Positions 47,097 through 58,934 of a stretch of DNA of 64,000 bases are shown piece by piece (the first letter of the stretch is position 1; every line of letters begins with the position of its first letter). The DNA comes from Lepidodermella squamata. Lineage: Eukaryota; Animalia; Gastrotricha. The notes under the pieces were generated by a model, which did no database searches, was not told where the DNA came from, and saw only the letters and a list, made by a program, of their open reading frames with translations. Both the position numbers and the translations under genes were made by a program. The DNA lies in assembly GCA_047495785.1 (NCBI GenBank), contig JBLDXI010000042.1, positions 2,728,001-2,792,000 on the forward strand. Direction: 5' to 3'.

Positions 47097-47495
47097 TACA
47101 AGATCTCGAGGAAGTTCATGGTGCCGCACTTATGCAGGCGACGGCTCTCGCCGACCAACTACCCTTTAACTTTCTCTAGCCGAAAGGAATCTCGCTAAAA
47201 CTGCCAAGGTCTTGAAGATTAGACGAGCTGCCTCGGCTCAAACTCACCGCATGATTTTCTGTCCAATTTGACCTAATTAAATGACTTATTCGAATTTCCG
47301 AAATACTATTTGTAAGCCTGCTATGAACTTATTGCAATTTTTGGGGAGAAATAAATTTGAGCTGAAATCAAGTTTCACACAATTAATTAGTTCGCTTTCT
47401 ATTTATATATACCCTTCAGCCTGGGGTGCTGCCGGTGTCTTATCAAGCGGGTAAAGTTCCGATGCAACCGACTGAGCTGGAACTCACACTTGGAT
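47097..47495 (+). pseudogene. wrbA: Mosaic wrbA exon-2 relics
   Basis: GAGGAAGTTCATGG..GCAGGCGACGGCTCTCGCC (copy 2/5 type), then a copy-1-type 3' end and UTR, then a copy-4-type piece TCAGCCTGGGG..GAGCTGGAACTCA. Confidence 0.8.
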
Positions 47496-48573
47496 TTGCC
47501 AGGCCGCTTTTTCTGGAATCCAGATTTGCTCTGGAAGGCAGCAGCTTGCTCATCAAAGTGAACGCGTGTTCCCTATAGGGGAATCGCTTGCCCCTATGAT
47601 GAAGACAATAGGTATACTACACGTGTGATCAATTTTTGTCTCATCCTTATCACGGGGTGGGCGACAGAACGGCTTACCTAGAACAGATGGCGTAATGCAC
47701 AGAAAAAACGCCATTACGCCATTCATTCCCATTCTAGGCAAGTCATTCTGTCGCCCACCTGCAATATATGACCCATTTTTTTTGTCGCACACTCCGATAT
47801 ACATGTCCTATGCCGGCATGTTTGAGTCTTAGGCGGTCAAATAATCCATGCGTATTAGCGCATGCAGAACAAACTCGAGATCAATAAAAACGAATATTTC
47901 AACTTTGAGGATCTCGTCACATACGTACCAGTTTGAATTATCACCGATGCTGCAAGAGGGGTATATTAGAACCCGCTCTTTCGAATGGCGCAATCCGTTT
48001 CTTTTTGGGATCGTACTTTTTGCGCCGCTATATGAACGTCGCTTTTTTTGTTTTTGCGTGAAAACATGGGTTGCGCGCAGGTTCGATTCTTCGCGACCTC
48101 CAATGGTTTTTAATGCTCAGATTTTCAATTTTTATTTTTATTTGATAATTAGGGGGCATGATCAACTCTTTTCAAAATTTTGAACTAATTTTCGTCAAGT
48201 GCCAGCCTTGTCAAGTGCCGCGATCGCGCCTATCAGCGTGTGCTAGCTATGAATCATTCACCTGATTATTTGAGCGATTTATTTATGTATGGAGCTGCTC
48301 TTGCAAAATGCGGTCAAAAAAATGCGCCAAAATTTTTTACGATGCATTCATTTTTCGCGAGGACTTTTCCCGTCGATAAAATGACCTCCTTTGGACTACG
48401 ACCCCAGCGGACATGCTCTTTTAAACCCTGAGAAATTATGAAACCGGGTATTCAAATTATTGTAGAGCGCGATGAGTACCTAGATTACGAATTTGACAAA
48501 GAAATTTTTTTCCGCGCGAAGTGGACCGATTGTCTAGCGTCTAGCTACTAGACTGCGCTCTTAATTTGCGAAT

Positions 48574-48627
48574 AAAATAAAAGAAAAAGATGAGAAACTC
48601 GAGTTTCTCATCTTTTTCTTTTATTTT
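48574..48627. repeat. Perfect 54-bp spacerless palindrome
   Basis: AAAATAAAAGAAAAAGATGAGAAACTC|GAGTTTCTCATCTTTTTCTTTTATTTT. Confidence 0.92.
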
Positions 48628-48683
48628 TCCGACTATTTCATAGCTCTCATATTTATCAGAATCACTTTATTTTATTGGAAGAA

Positions 48684-49835
48684 ATGGCGAACAAGACTCA
48701 GATTGCGATCGTCTATTATTCAATGTACGGCCACGTCCGAAAGCTTGCTCAAGAAATTAAGAAAGGCGCCGAAAAAGTCGGTAATGTTCAAGTCACGCTG
48801 TACCAAGTGCCGGAAACCTTGTCAAAAGAAGTGCTCGAAAAAATGCATGCGCCACCCAAGGCCGACGACCCGATTGCCACGCCTGATGACCTCAAGAAAG
48901 CCGACGGCGTTTTGTTCGGCATTCCGACCCGCTTCGGCAGTGCTGCGGCGCAGATGAAGGCATTCATGGACTCGACTGGCGGTCTGTGGATGCAAGGCGG
49001 CCTGGCTGGTAAACCGGCTGGTACCTTTTTCAGCACTGGCTCACCGGGCGGTGGCCAAGAGACAACCGCCTTGACTTTCACTACGCATTTCGCTCATCAC
49101 GGGATGCTCTACGTCCCTCTAGGTAAAATTACTGAATTTTTTAAATATTATGGATGAAACAAAATGGTAATTCGACCGACGACGTAACCCATATTTTCAA
49201 ACCCGCCAAAATATTTCTTTTCGGATAGAGAGCATCAACAACTAAGAAACTTAGCTCTTGTGATTTTTTCTTCGACGCAATGGCGAGGCTACAAAATTCA
49301 AAAACTGAAACCCACGCCAAATCATAGCAACGGTAGTCAAGGGGATTGTTCTCGCTACCTGTAGCGTTTCCTGGCGTGATATGCATAGTGAAGGTAAATC
49401 TTAATGGTCCCAGTATTCATGCACATAGTCTCGGCCTAGAATCGTCGATTTTTCATTTCTAAGAATTCGGATATAACCCCCAAAAGTAGGTATTTTCGGA
49501 CAGGTCAAACCTGCATTCCAGTCGATACTGTCTCCAAAATTTGCACCATCGTAGTCAGCGTGAAACATGGGTTGGGTCGTCGGTCGAATTACGCAATGGA
49601 TGCTTTTAATATTTTTCAAACTGAGAGTCTCTTCTGCTTTTTAGGACGTGCTAGTCCTGCACAAAACCCCAATGAAGTTAATGGGGGTTCGCCATACGGC
49701 GCTGGCACGTTTGCAGGCGACGGCTCTCGCCAACCTTCTGCCCGTGAACTTTATCTCGCCGAAACTCAGGGTGAAAACTTTGCGAAAATAGCGAAAGCCC
49801 TCAAACTCGGCAAAGAAATTGCGGATAAAAAATAA
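48684..49835 (+). CDS. wrbA: WrbA-family quinone oxidoreductase copy 3; exons 48684-49122, 49645-49835
   Basis: Same motifs; intron enlarged by an insertion. Confidence 0.93.
49167..49592. mobile_element. Non-autonomous TIR element in the copy-3 intron
   Basis: ~30-bp TIR GTAATTCGACCGACGAC..AACCCAT.TTT; sister copies 2 and 5 have a 59-nt intron here. Confidence 0.78.
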
Positions 49836-50196
49836 ACTGACTTACAGTTCGTCGTGCGCATGTCCTAATTGCGCGATAACGATGAAACATTGGTCTAATG
49901 ACCGGTGTCATTCGATCCGCCGTGATCGATCCGCCGTGATGACCCTTAGTTTTGCATCGGTGATATAATTTACTGAAATTTCAAGAAATAAAGCTGTTCT
50001 TTCGTTTTGGAAATGAACCCTCTTGGACATAGGACTATATACCGTGCGCGCCGTACACGACGAGTTCTTAATCATGGCTGGACTGTGCTATTTTTTCTTC
50101 TGTGTTCGAAAATAGCTGAACTCTCAGCTTTATATAGGCGATGTAAAAATAAGCATGATGTGAATTTTGCTGTCCCATTAAATTGTTCATGCTGTT

Positions 50197-50460
50197 AGAA
50201 GCCGAGCCCCAACTTGCTACTGCGACCAAGGAACGAATTTCGCTAAAGCAATGCTTTGAAAATCTGATGATCCGCTTCAGCCTAAACCCGTTGCATGATT
50301 TTTTGTCTGAGTTGACCTAATTAAATGACATTTCCAAATTTCCTTAGAATTTTTAATCCTGCGATGAACTGATTGCAATTTTTTTCAAAGAAATAAATTG
50401 AGCTCCTATGAAGTTTCAAGCAGCTGATTTATTTTGTTTTCTATTTATATACCCTTCAGT
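50197..50460 (+). pseudogene. wrbA: Relic of a copy-1-type wrbA 3' end and UTR
   Basis: AGAAGCCGAGC..AACTTGC..GACCAAGGAACGAATTTCGCTAAA..GCTTCAGCCTAAACCC matches 43686-43950. Confidence 0.8.
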
Positions 50461-50677
50461 AAAGAATTTCATCGAATTATTCATGGCGTATGAATTTTTC
50501 ATGCCGTGTTTTCATGTGCGCAAAATCGTATATGCCGCGCACGCGACATTCAGTATAAAAACACCCGCATCGCGTAAAATCGACCTATTTTGAAGCACCT
50601 TCGGCGCACAAAAGGACCGGTTATTCCGACCTCACTGTTTTACTCTGAAAAATAATTAGCGAATATTTCGTGAAAAA

Positions 50678-51363
50678 ATGTCTGATAAGGTGAAAATCGC
50701 GATAGTCTACTACTCGATGTACGGCCATATTCGAAAAATGGCTCAAAGCGTGAAAAGCGGCGTTGAAAAAGTCGGCAACGTCGAGGTGACTCTGTATCAA
50801 GTCCCCGAGACCCTACCGAAAGAAGTCCTCGAAAAAATGCACGCCCCGCCGAAAAGCGACGACCCGATCGCGACTGGGGATATTCTGAAAAGCGCCGATG
50901 GCATTCTATTCGGAATTCCGACTCGATTCGGATCAGCCTGCGGCCAGATGAAATCGTTCATGGACTCAACCGGCGCGCTTTGGATGACAGGCGCTCTTCA
51001 AGGCAAGGCCGCTGGGATATTTTTCGGATCTGCTATTCAAGGCGGTGGCCAGGAAACAACAGCCCTAACGTTTATGACACATTTCGCTCATCACGGCATT
51101 GTATTCTGCCCTCTTGGTAATTTTTTTGTAAAATTCAGAAATTTATTTTTAATTATTTTATTTCAGGAAACGCCAGCCCGGCAATGGGGGATAACAGCCA
51201 GGTGAGGGGCGGATCAGCCTGGGGCGCCGGTGTTCTTGCGGGCGGTGACGGTTCCAGGCAGCCGAGTGAGCTGGAACTCAACCTTGCATCGATTCAGGGC
51301 GAAAATTTCGCCAAGACTGTAACTGCGCTGAAAATCGGCCGAGAATTGGTTGACAAAAAATGA
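50678..51363 (+). CDS. wrbA: WrbA-family quinone oxidoreductase copy 4; exons 50678-51116, 51167-51363
   Basis: Same motifs; complete spliced ORF. Confidence 0.95.
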
Positions 51364-51998
51364 ATTTTCCTTATCAGACTTCAGGACTGGAATATTTATT
51401 ATACCAATGAACTATTATGATATATTAAATCTGTGATCAATTTCTGTCCCATCACCTTATCACTTTTTCTGGAAAATGTAATTCAGAGTCAAAAATAAAC
51501 ATTACGGTCTAATGAATACAATTTTTTATCAAAAACTGAGTCGCAGTCTTTTCAGAGGCTGATTTATGCCGCTCGCTGATAGCCGCATTCTCATTTTTTT
51601 CATCCGAGATAGATGACCTATTTTTTTTGTCGCACACACTCCGATGTGTATGTCCTATGCCGGCATGCTGGAGTCTTAAGCGGTCAAAATGTGTATTTAC
51701 GCATGCAGTACAAAAACATACCGCTACTGCCTGCTATAAAAGCCCTGGCGTGAAAAAAACAGACGTAGCTTGCCGCTGCCTCACCTGGCGCGTATATATA
51801 TGTTGTAGACCACCGCGGGAGTAGGCTATTGATTGCAGAACGAGCTAGCAAATATCACGCAAATATAAGCTTTCTATTCAACTAGTGGTCTACTCTAATT
51901 CAGCGAGTTTCTTACCTATTTTCGGGCTTTAAAAATCTGAAACTTCTCCTTCCTTAGTTTCGATATTATATTGATTTATCACTTGATTATTGGTAGAA

Positions 51999-52690
51999 AT
52001 GGCGAACAAGACTCAAATTGCGATCGTCTATTATTCGATGTATGGCCACGTCCGAAAGCTTGCTCTAGAAGTGAAGAAAGGCGCCGAAAAGGTCGGCAAT
52101 GTTCAAGTCACGCTGTACCAAGTTCCGGAAACCTTGCCAAAAGAAGTCCTCGAAAAGATGCATGCGCCGCCCAAGGCCGACGACCCGATTGCCACGCCTG
52201 ATGACCTGAAGAAAGCTGATGGCATTTTGTTCGGCGTTCCGACTCGCTTCGGCAGTGCTGCGGCGCAGATGAAGTCATTCATGGATTCGACTGGCGGTCT
52301 GTGGATGCAAGGCGGCCTGGCTGGCAAGCCGGCAGGTACCTTTTTCAGCACTGGATCTCCAGGTGGTGGCCAGGAGACAACCGCCTTGACTTTCACTACG
52401 CATTTCGCTCATCATGGAATGCTCTACGTGCCTCTAGGTAAAATTTTTAAATTTTTAATATTAAGGAGGATATTTTATTTTTATTTTGCTTTTCAGGATA
52501 TGCTAATCCTGGCCTTCAAGATTTCAAGGAAGTTCACGGTGGTTCGCCGTACGGTGCTGGCACGTTTGCAGGCGACGGCTCTCGCCAACCTTCTGCCCTT
52601 GAACTTTCCCTTGCCGAAACTCAGGGCGAAAATTTTGCAAAAACAGCGAAAGCCCTCAAACTCGGCCGGGAAATCGCCGAGAAAAAATAA
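51999..52690 (+). CDS. wrbA: WrbA-family quinone oxidoreductase copy 5; exons 51999-52437, 52497-52690
   Basis: Near-identical to copies 2 and 3, including the intron of copy 2. Confidence 0.95.
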
Positions 52691-53233
52691 ACTGGCTTAA
52701 GTTTATAATTACAAATGGACTGTCACATGTTTCTCAGTTCCAAGCTTCTATTCATAAAATGTTTCTGTATCTATCTGAGCAGAGTTCCTTTTGTGGTGAT
52801 ATTCACTATAATTCAGTCCATATGTTCATCCTTACTGCGTTCGAAAATGGCTGATCTCTCAGCTTTATAATATGTATAGGCGATGTTAAAATAAACATGA
52901 TGTGAATTGCACTTGCTGTCCTATTAATTTTTTCAAGCCTTTCACGGCGAAATTGATCTCGAGGTACCTCAAGTAAAAACATGCTGATGTCGCTGCAATT
53001 TGATACAAGGTCAGATTTTTGAAGATTACAGCTTTAATTGAGGTGAGCTCATCATCCTCTCTGCTGAGTATCTAATTTCTTAGCAGAGGCCGGAAAAAAT
53101 CGATCAATTTTCAGCCGCGCTATATAAAGCCGTGTGAAAAGGCTCATCACTCGCCATAACAAATTCTCTTAAATTAAACACAACCGCAATTCTTGACAAT
53201 TTTTGCCGTGATACCTTGATTTTCGAAGAAAAA

Positions 53234-54026
53234 ATGACCACTACTAAAATTGTTATTATTTACTATTCGATGTACGGCCATATTCGTAAAATGGCCGAGG
53301 CTGTTAAAGAAGGCATGGAGAAGGTAGCTGACGTAGAGGTGACTCTGTACCAAGTCGCTGAAACGCTGCCCGATGAAGTGCTCGAAAAAATGCACGCGCC
53401 GCCGAAATCCGATGACCCCATCGCAACGCCTGAAGTTATGAAGGACGCTGATGGCATTATGTTCGGAATTCCGACTCGATTTGGATCAGCCTGTGGGCAA
53501 ATTAAGGCGTTCATGGACTCGACTGGCGGACTGTGGCAGTCTGGCGGTGTGGCAGGAAAGCCTGCTGGGACATTTTTCAGCTCGGCTCTTATGGGAGGCG
53601 GTCAGGAGACAACTGCCCTGACTTTCCTAACCCATTTTGTTCATCATGTAAGTCACAATTTTTGCCCATAGGATTTCCCAAATAATACGACTCTTTGATT
53701 TACAGGGCATGGTGTACGTGCCTTTGGGTAAGATTATTTACAATTTTTGAGAAATATTTCTTCAATGCGTAAATTTTCAGGTGGAGCAGCTCCTCTTTCC
53801 AACATGGATGAACCTCATGGTGGTAAGATATTTGCTGTATATGGCCGATTTTTTTCTAATTTTCTGCGAATTTTCAGGCTCTGCTTATGGTGCGGGTACT
53901 ATTACGGGTTCGGCTGGCACTAGAATGCCGAGTGAAATCGAAACTACCGCAGCGACGCTTCAGGGTGAAATATTTGCTAAAACTGCCAAAGCTCTCAAAC
54001 TTGGCCGCGAAGCTCTCGAAAAATGA
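53234..54026 (+). CDS. wrbA: WrbA-family quinone oxidoreductase copy 6; exons 53234-53647, 53706-53727, 53781-53822, 53878-54026
   Basis: Same motifs; three introns, including 22-nt and 42-nt exons. Confidence 0.92.
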
Positions 54027-54734
54027 GAAGCATGCAGGCGATATAAGTACTGCCAGCCCACTACCGTAACTGGTTCAATTTCAATTATTGCTGTAATAAC
54101 CAATTTGCTATGGTAGAAATGATGAGCATTTTCTTGTTTCGTGACTTGTTTAATTATCCAGTTGCATGTAATAACAATTTTGTGGATTAAATTCTGACCT
54201 GAAAAATAATGAGATTGATACCAGCAATTAGGTCAAAGTTATTAGACGCGGCGCACCCGTTTTGTCTAGCCAGACTTAAATAATACAGTACTTTTTAATG
54301 ACACGTGGCATCTTCAAACCAGTACACTCAGCCCCCGCGTTGTATGCCAAAAATCATCCGCCTTAACTTTTATTCATCCTTCAATTTTCGAATCGCTTTT
54401 TTTACCTTGAATTTTCGGGCTGGTTTCTTTTTCAACTTGACATACCTAGATAACAATTCTTGTCCGTTGATTTATTTAAAAACATCAAGCTACCGGGATG
54501 CAGAGAAGCACGTATCTAGAAATTAAGGAGGATGATGCCGCTCGAAATTGTTTTTTTTCGAGCCACAAGCTCTAAAGAGTTGTTGTTTTCAGAGTGTTGT
54601 CAGACAGTTGTCAGGTTATACAAGATTGTTATTGAATCTTCTTTTATCAACCCAATCCAGTTTTACTATCATTTCGAGCTTATTAATAATAGATTCAACT
54701 ATATTTATTTTTGAATTATTTTATTCTGATAAAA

Positions 54735-55516
54735 ATGACCAAGGCCAAGATTTTCGTCGTGTATTACTCATTGCATGGCCATATTCGAAAAATGGCCGAA
54801 GAGGTGAAGAAAGGCGTTGAAAAGGTTGCCGACGTGACTGCCAGTCTCTACCAAGTCGCCGAAATTCTGCCAAAGGAAGATTTAGAAAAGATGCATGCCG
54901 CGCCGAAAGCCGACCACCCAATTATCACGCCGGATGAACTGGCAAATGCTGACGGCATTCTGTTCGGATTCCCGACTAGGTTCGGCGCTGCTCCTACTCA
55001 AATTAAGGCCCTATTAGACGGAACTGTTGCTCTTTGGAAAACTGGCGCCCTTGTAGGGAAACCTGCCGGGGTTTTCTTTGGGTCTGCGATTCAAGGTTAA
55101 AAATGCAAAATATTGCTGAATAGATTTCAAATCTGGATTTAGGTGGCGGCCAGGAAACAACCGCCCTGACTTTTGTCACGCAGTTTGCTCATCACGGCAT
55201 GGTATTTGTTCCGATGGGTAAATTTGTTCAAATTTTCTCCGATTCAGGAATTTTTGTGTTTCCTCCTATAGGTTACACCCACCCTGCCTTGGGAAATATG
55301 ACTGAAATTCATGGCGGTGAGTCAGCTTAAAATTATTTGATGTCTCAATTTATATCTGAAACTCTAGGTTCGCCTTATGGAGCTGGGACTCTTTCCGGTT
55401 CTGATGGGTCGCGCCAGCCCTCCGAGCTGGAACTTACGTTAGCCGCCCATCAAGGCGAGAGCTTCGCGAAATTTACCAAAGCTGTTGTAACCGGAAGAAA
55501 TGTCCTCGCTAATTGA
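54735..55516 (+). CDS. wrbA: WrbA-family quinone oxidoreductase copy 7; exons 54735-55095, 55143-55217, 55272-55316, 55368-55516
   Basis: YYSLHGH, GFPTRFG, spliced QG|GGQETT. Confidence 0.92.
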
Positions 55517-55673
55517 GCTGGTCTTTCAGAATCTTTCCCGATTAAAAAACGGTCTCTTCTTATTTGTCTGCGCATGCGTTATGTGATGTAACAATCAAGC
55601 TTTCGAGCAGCTTATTAGCGACTAATAAATCTAAGATTCTTGGTTCGCTCATTTTTCAATTTTAATCTCGAAA

Positions 55674-56948
55674 ATGACAAAGACTCAAGTTTTCATCGTT
55701 TACTACTCGATGTATGGCCACATTCGAAAACTGGCCCAAGAGATGAAGAAAGGCGTTGAAAGCGTGCCGAATGTTGTAGCCACGATGTACCAAGTAGCCG
55801 AAACCCTGCCCCAGGAAGTTCTGTCGAAAATGAAAGCCCCAGAAAAATCAAACGATCCGATCATTCAGCCGCAGGATCTGGCAAAACCCCACGGGATCCT
55901 GTTTGGAATACCGACGCGTTACGGTGCTGCTCCGGCTCAAATCAAGACTCTAATGGATGGGACTGGTGCGCTTTGGATGAATAATGGCTTAGTTGGGAAG
56001 CCGGCTGGGGTTTTCTTCAGCACAAGCACCCTTGGTGGCGGGCAGGAGACAACGGCCCTGACTTTTGTCACCCAATTGGCGCATCATGGAATGGTTTACG
56101 TTCCCTTGGGTATGGCACTCTCGTTTAATTTCAACATTTTAATTTTATTAAAATTTCGTCGTGAATTTTATGTGTAAATTTCCTAAATTATTGAAAATAA
56201 GCAAAATTAGATTTGAGCGGCTAGATTTTTCGAGTTTGCGATAACTCGAGTTTGGATAACTCCAATTATCGATTTCAAAAATTAGTGATTTCTCCGATCT
56301 TAACTGGAAGCCAATAATATCTTGGTTTCTACCTAGCTGATGGTTAGCTAAAATGAAAAATCCCTAGGTCATGAATTTTGATCAGTATCGATCAAGAGCA
56401 AAGAGCAAAGAATCCGAAAAATTTAGTACTAGAACCTCGAATTTTACGAAACAAATATTTACGACCTTCTGATAATTAAAAGTGAGGTTTTGTGAAATTT
56501 CGCGAAAATCAACATTTTTTTATTCTTATTGGCCACTAAAATTAACGTTGATTCTCTGACCTCGTTGATAATGAGCCTTCTCATTTCCTTTTAATTGCTG
56601 ACCATTATTAATTATAGCTTGCTTTCTTTCCTCAAGTTAACAATAATTATGATAATTTTCGACTTAACACCCTTTATTTCCTCTGCTTTCACAGGCTACA
56701 TCAATAAAGCACAGATGAACATTGACGAGGTTCACGGCTCGAGTGCCTACGGCGCTGGAACAATCGCCGGTCCGGACAACGCGCGACAGCCGTCGGCTCT
56801 CGAACTTTCGATCGCGCGCACGCATGGCGAACATTTTGCTAAAATGACACGCGCTCTTATGCTGGGCCGCGAGGCAGCTGACAACGAGCGCAAGTTGAAG
56901 CGCGACGAAGATAACCCATCTGAGCGCAATCCATACCAAGATTCATAA
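55674..56948 (+). CDS. wrbA: WrbA-family quinone oxidoreductase copy 8; exons 55674-56109, 56695-56948
   Basis: Same motifs; ~20-aa charged C-terminal extension. Confidence 0.92.
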
Positions 56949-58934
56949 AATGGCTAAATTTCGCCCTGATAAACGCATTTGATTGATGCGGAACTATGAC
57001 ACCAAATAAACTTTTCTAACTCGTCCCAAAACTAATTTTTCTAAAATTAAAGAATAAACATGTTCGGTTCAAGATTTTAATATCGATTCAGACAATAATA
57101 TCTGCCTTTACTTTTGCCGGTAGTTTTCTGTTAAAATATTTGACATCAAGCTGTCCAGCGAAAATATGTTCTATTTATCGAGCAAATGTCCTGATTTTAA
57201 CCTATTTTTCGACCCAATTTTTAGTGAAAAAGTGCGCGCTTAAGCTGCACGTTTATTGACCCATTATTGCGCATTAATTTGGACCTATTTTCGCTACTAA
57301 TCGGCGGTGTTGTTTTTGGGCGCGGCGCTGTCACAATAATAATAACTGCTTGTTTTTGTCGCGCAAATACAAATGAATTCCTCATTACGCGCGCGCGCAC
57401 ACAATCGCCCGCGGCCGAAAGTGTACCCGCAAATCCTGCTGCGCCCCCTTGAGTTTGTTTAGTTACATATTTTTTCGATCCGAACTACAACAAGTGTATA
57501 ATCACACCTTGTAGATTGTAATGCAAACTTTTTTGCGGTCTTTTTTTACATTTGATGCGTGCATTTTGATCGATCGCTTTTTACGCGCGCGATCTGTATT
57601 ATATGCAAGTCGCATAATAAAAGTATTATACCCGCATGAAACGCGACCGATTCGTAGTAAGGAGTAGTAGTGGTGAGAATGGAGGGCGGCGCGGCGCTAA
57701 AAATCGATTTGCTATATAGATATAATGTAATAATATTTTATTTGCGTGTACATTGCCGCGCGTTGAAAATCGATGCGTTTTTCATTCGCACATGCATCGC
57801 GCGCCTTTTTCGCTAATACACGCTCGCGCTATGTCGCATAGGCAGTAAAAGCTGCTATAAGTCGCCCCTTATAGAACTGCTGCTGTTCCTGCGCCCCGGT
57901 TGACGATGGCGTTGTTTCTCATCGTCACGCACACGTTTGATATATCGCGCGCCAAATTTTATATATACAACGCGCCCTTCGTTTCGCCTAAAATATATAT
58001 TAGTATTATTATTCATGCATTTCACGGCCGAATATAATATTAATACAGACAAAATATGGACACATTATACAACTCCCAAAGTCGCGCTGTAATAATAGCA
58101 ATAATATATATCGTATAAAAATAGTCAAGTCTCCTTCGGCCAGCCTCTCGTTCCCTACTTGCTACATCCCGCTATACGTCCTCGTCGCCAAATAAAAAGT
58201 TACAAAATGAGAAAAATATTGAAATTAGATGCTCTTTCCTTTCGCATTATTATTATAACTTGCGTCTCTTAGGCGGAGAAAAATATCAATCAGAATAATA
58301 GTATTATTGAACAATTCAATCTTGCTGATTTCTGCTTGTTGAATGTTACTATCAAAAATAACGTCATTTTCCCACAGCTAGACAAATATTATACTATTGT
58401 CAATATTGTAATAGTAGTTTATCATCTTCCGATTCTTCAAATAATAATAATATATTCAAGATTTCCCAACCAGAAAGCCGCCCTCTAAGCTGGGTGTAAT
58501 AGCCCTAGTTTATAACACTTTATGCACATTTTATGCGCATAAATTTGTTTGCTAAAATCTTGCGGCCAGTTCACATGAGTTATAGTTTTGTTTTTATTTG
58601 CAATTTCGGCGATTTTCATGGAGCGTAGAAAATTTTATTATATAGAGGTGTCAAAATCAATGCGCTTTTTTTCGTTCGGAAGCCGACTTGAAAATTTTTT
58701 CCCCTCACGCAATCGACCGAATTGCGGTCATTTTCTGCTCAGCCTCTATATCGATTTTCACATTTTTTTCAACCGACTAGAGCGTGTTTTTCTATTAGTT
58801 GAATCTGTTTTTTTCTGTACAATATCTCGGAAAATCTTTCAAGGCCCGACCGTTCAAGGCCTGGCGAGATGAAGCGACGGGCCATTTTCGTTAACTGATA
58901 TTTGAAATTGCCTGATCGAATCTGATTCTTCGCA

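Noticed and set aside
46786-47179. ORFs sharing SHDQVARRSHGYEPTDQSACGFF on both strands
   Set aside because: Artefact of the MITE inverted repeats
43097-56948. Bacterial or fungal contamination as the source of wrbA
   Set aside because: Copies carry host-style short GT-AG introns and MITEs and are contiguous with metazoan-type genes
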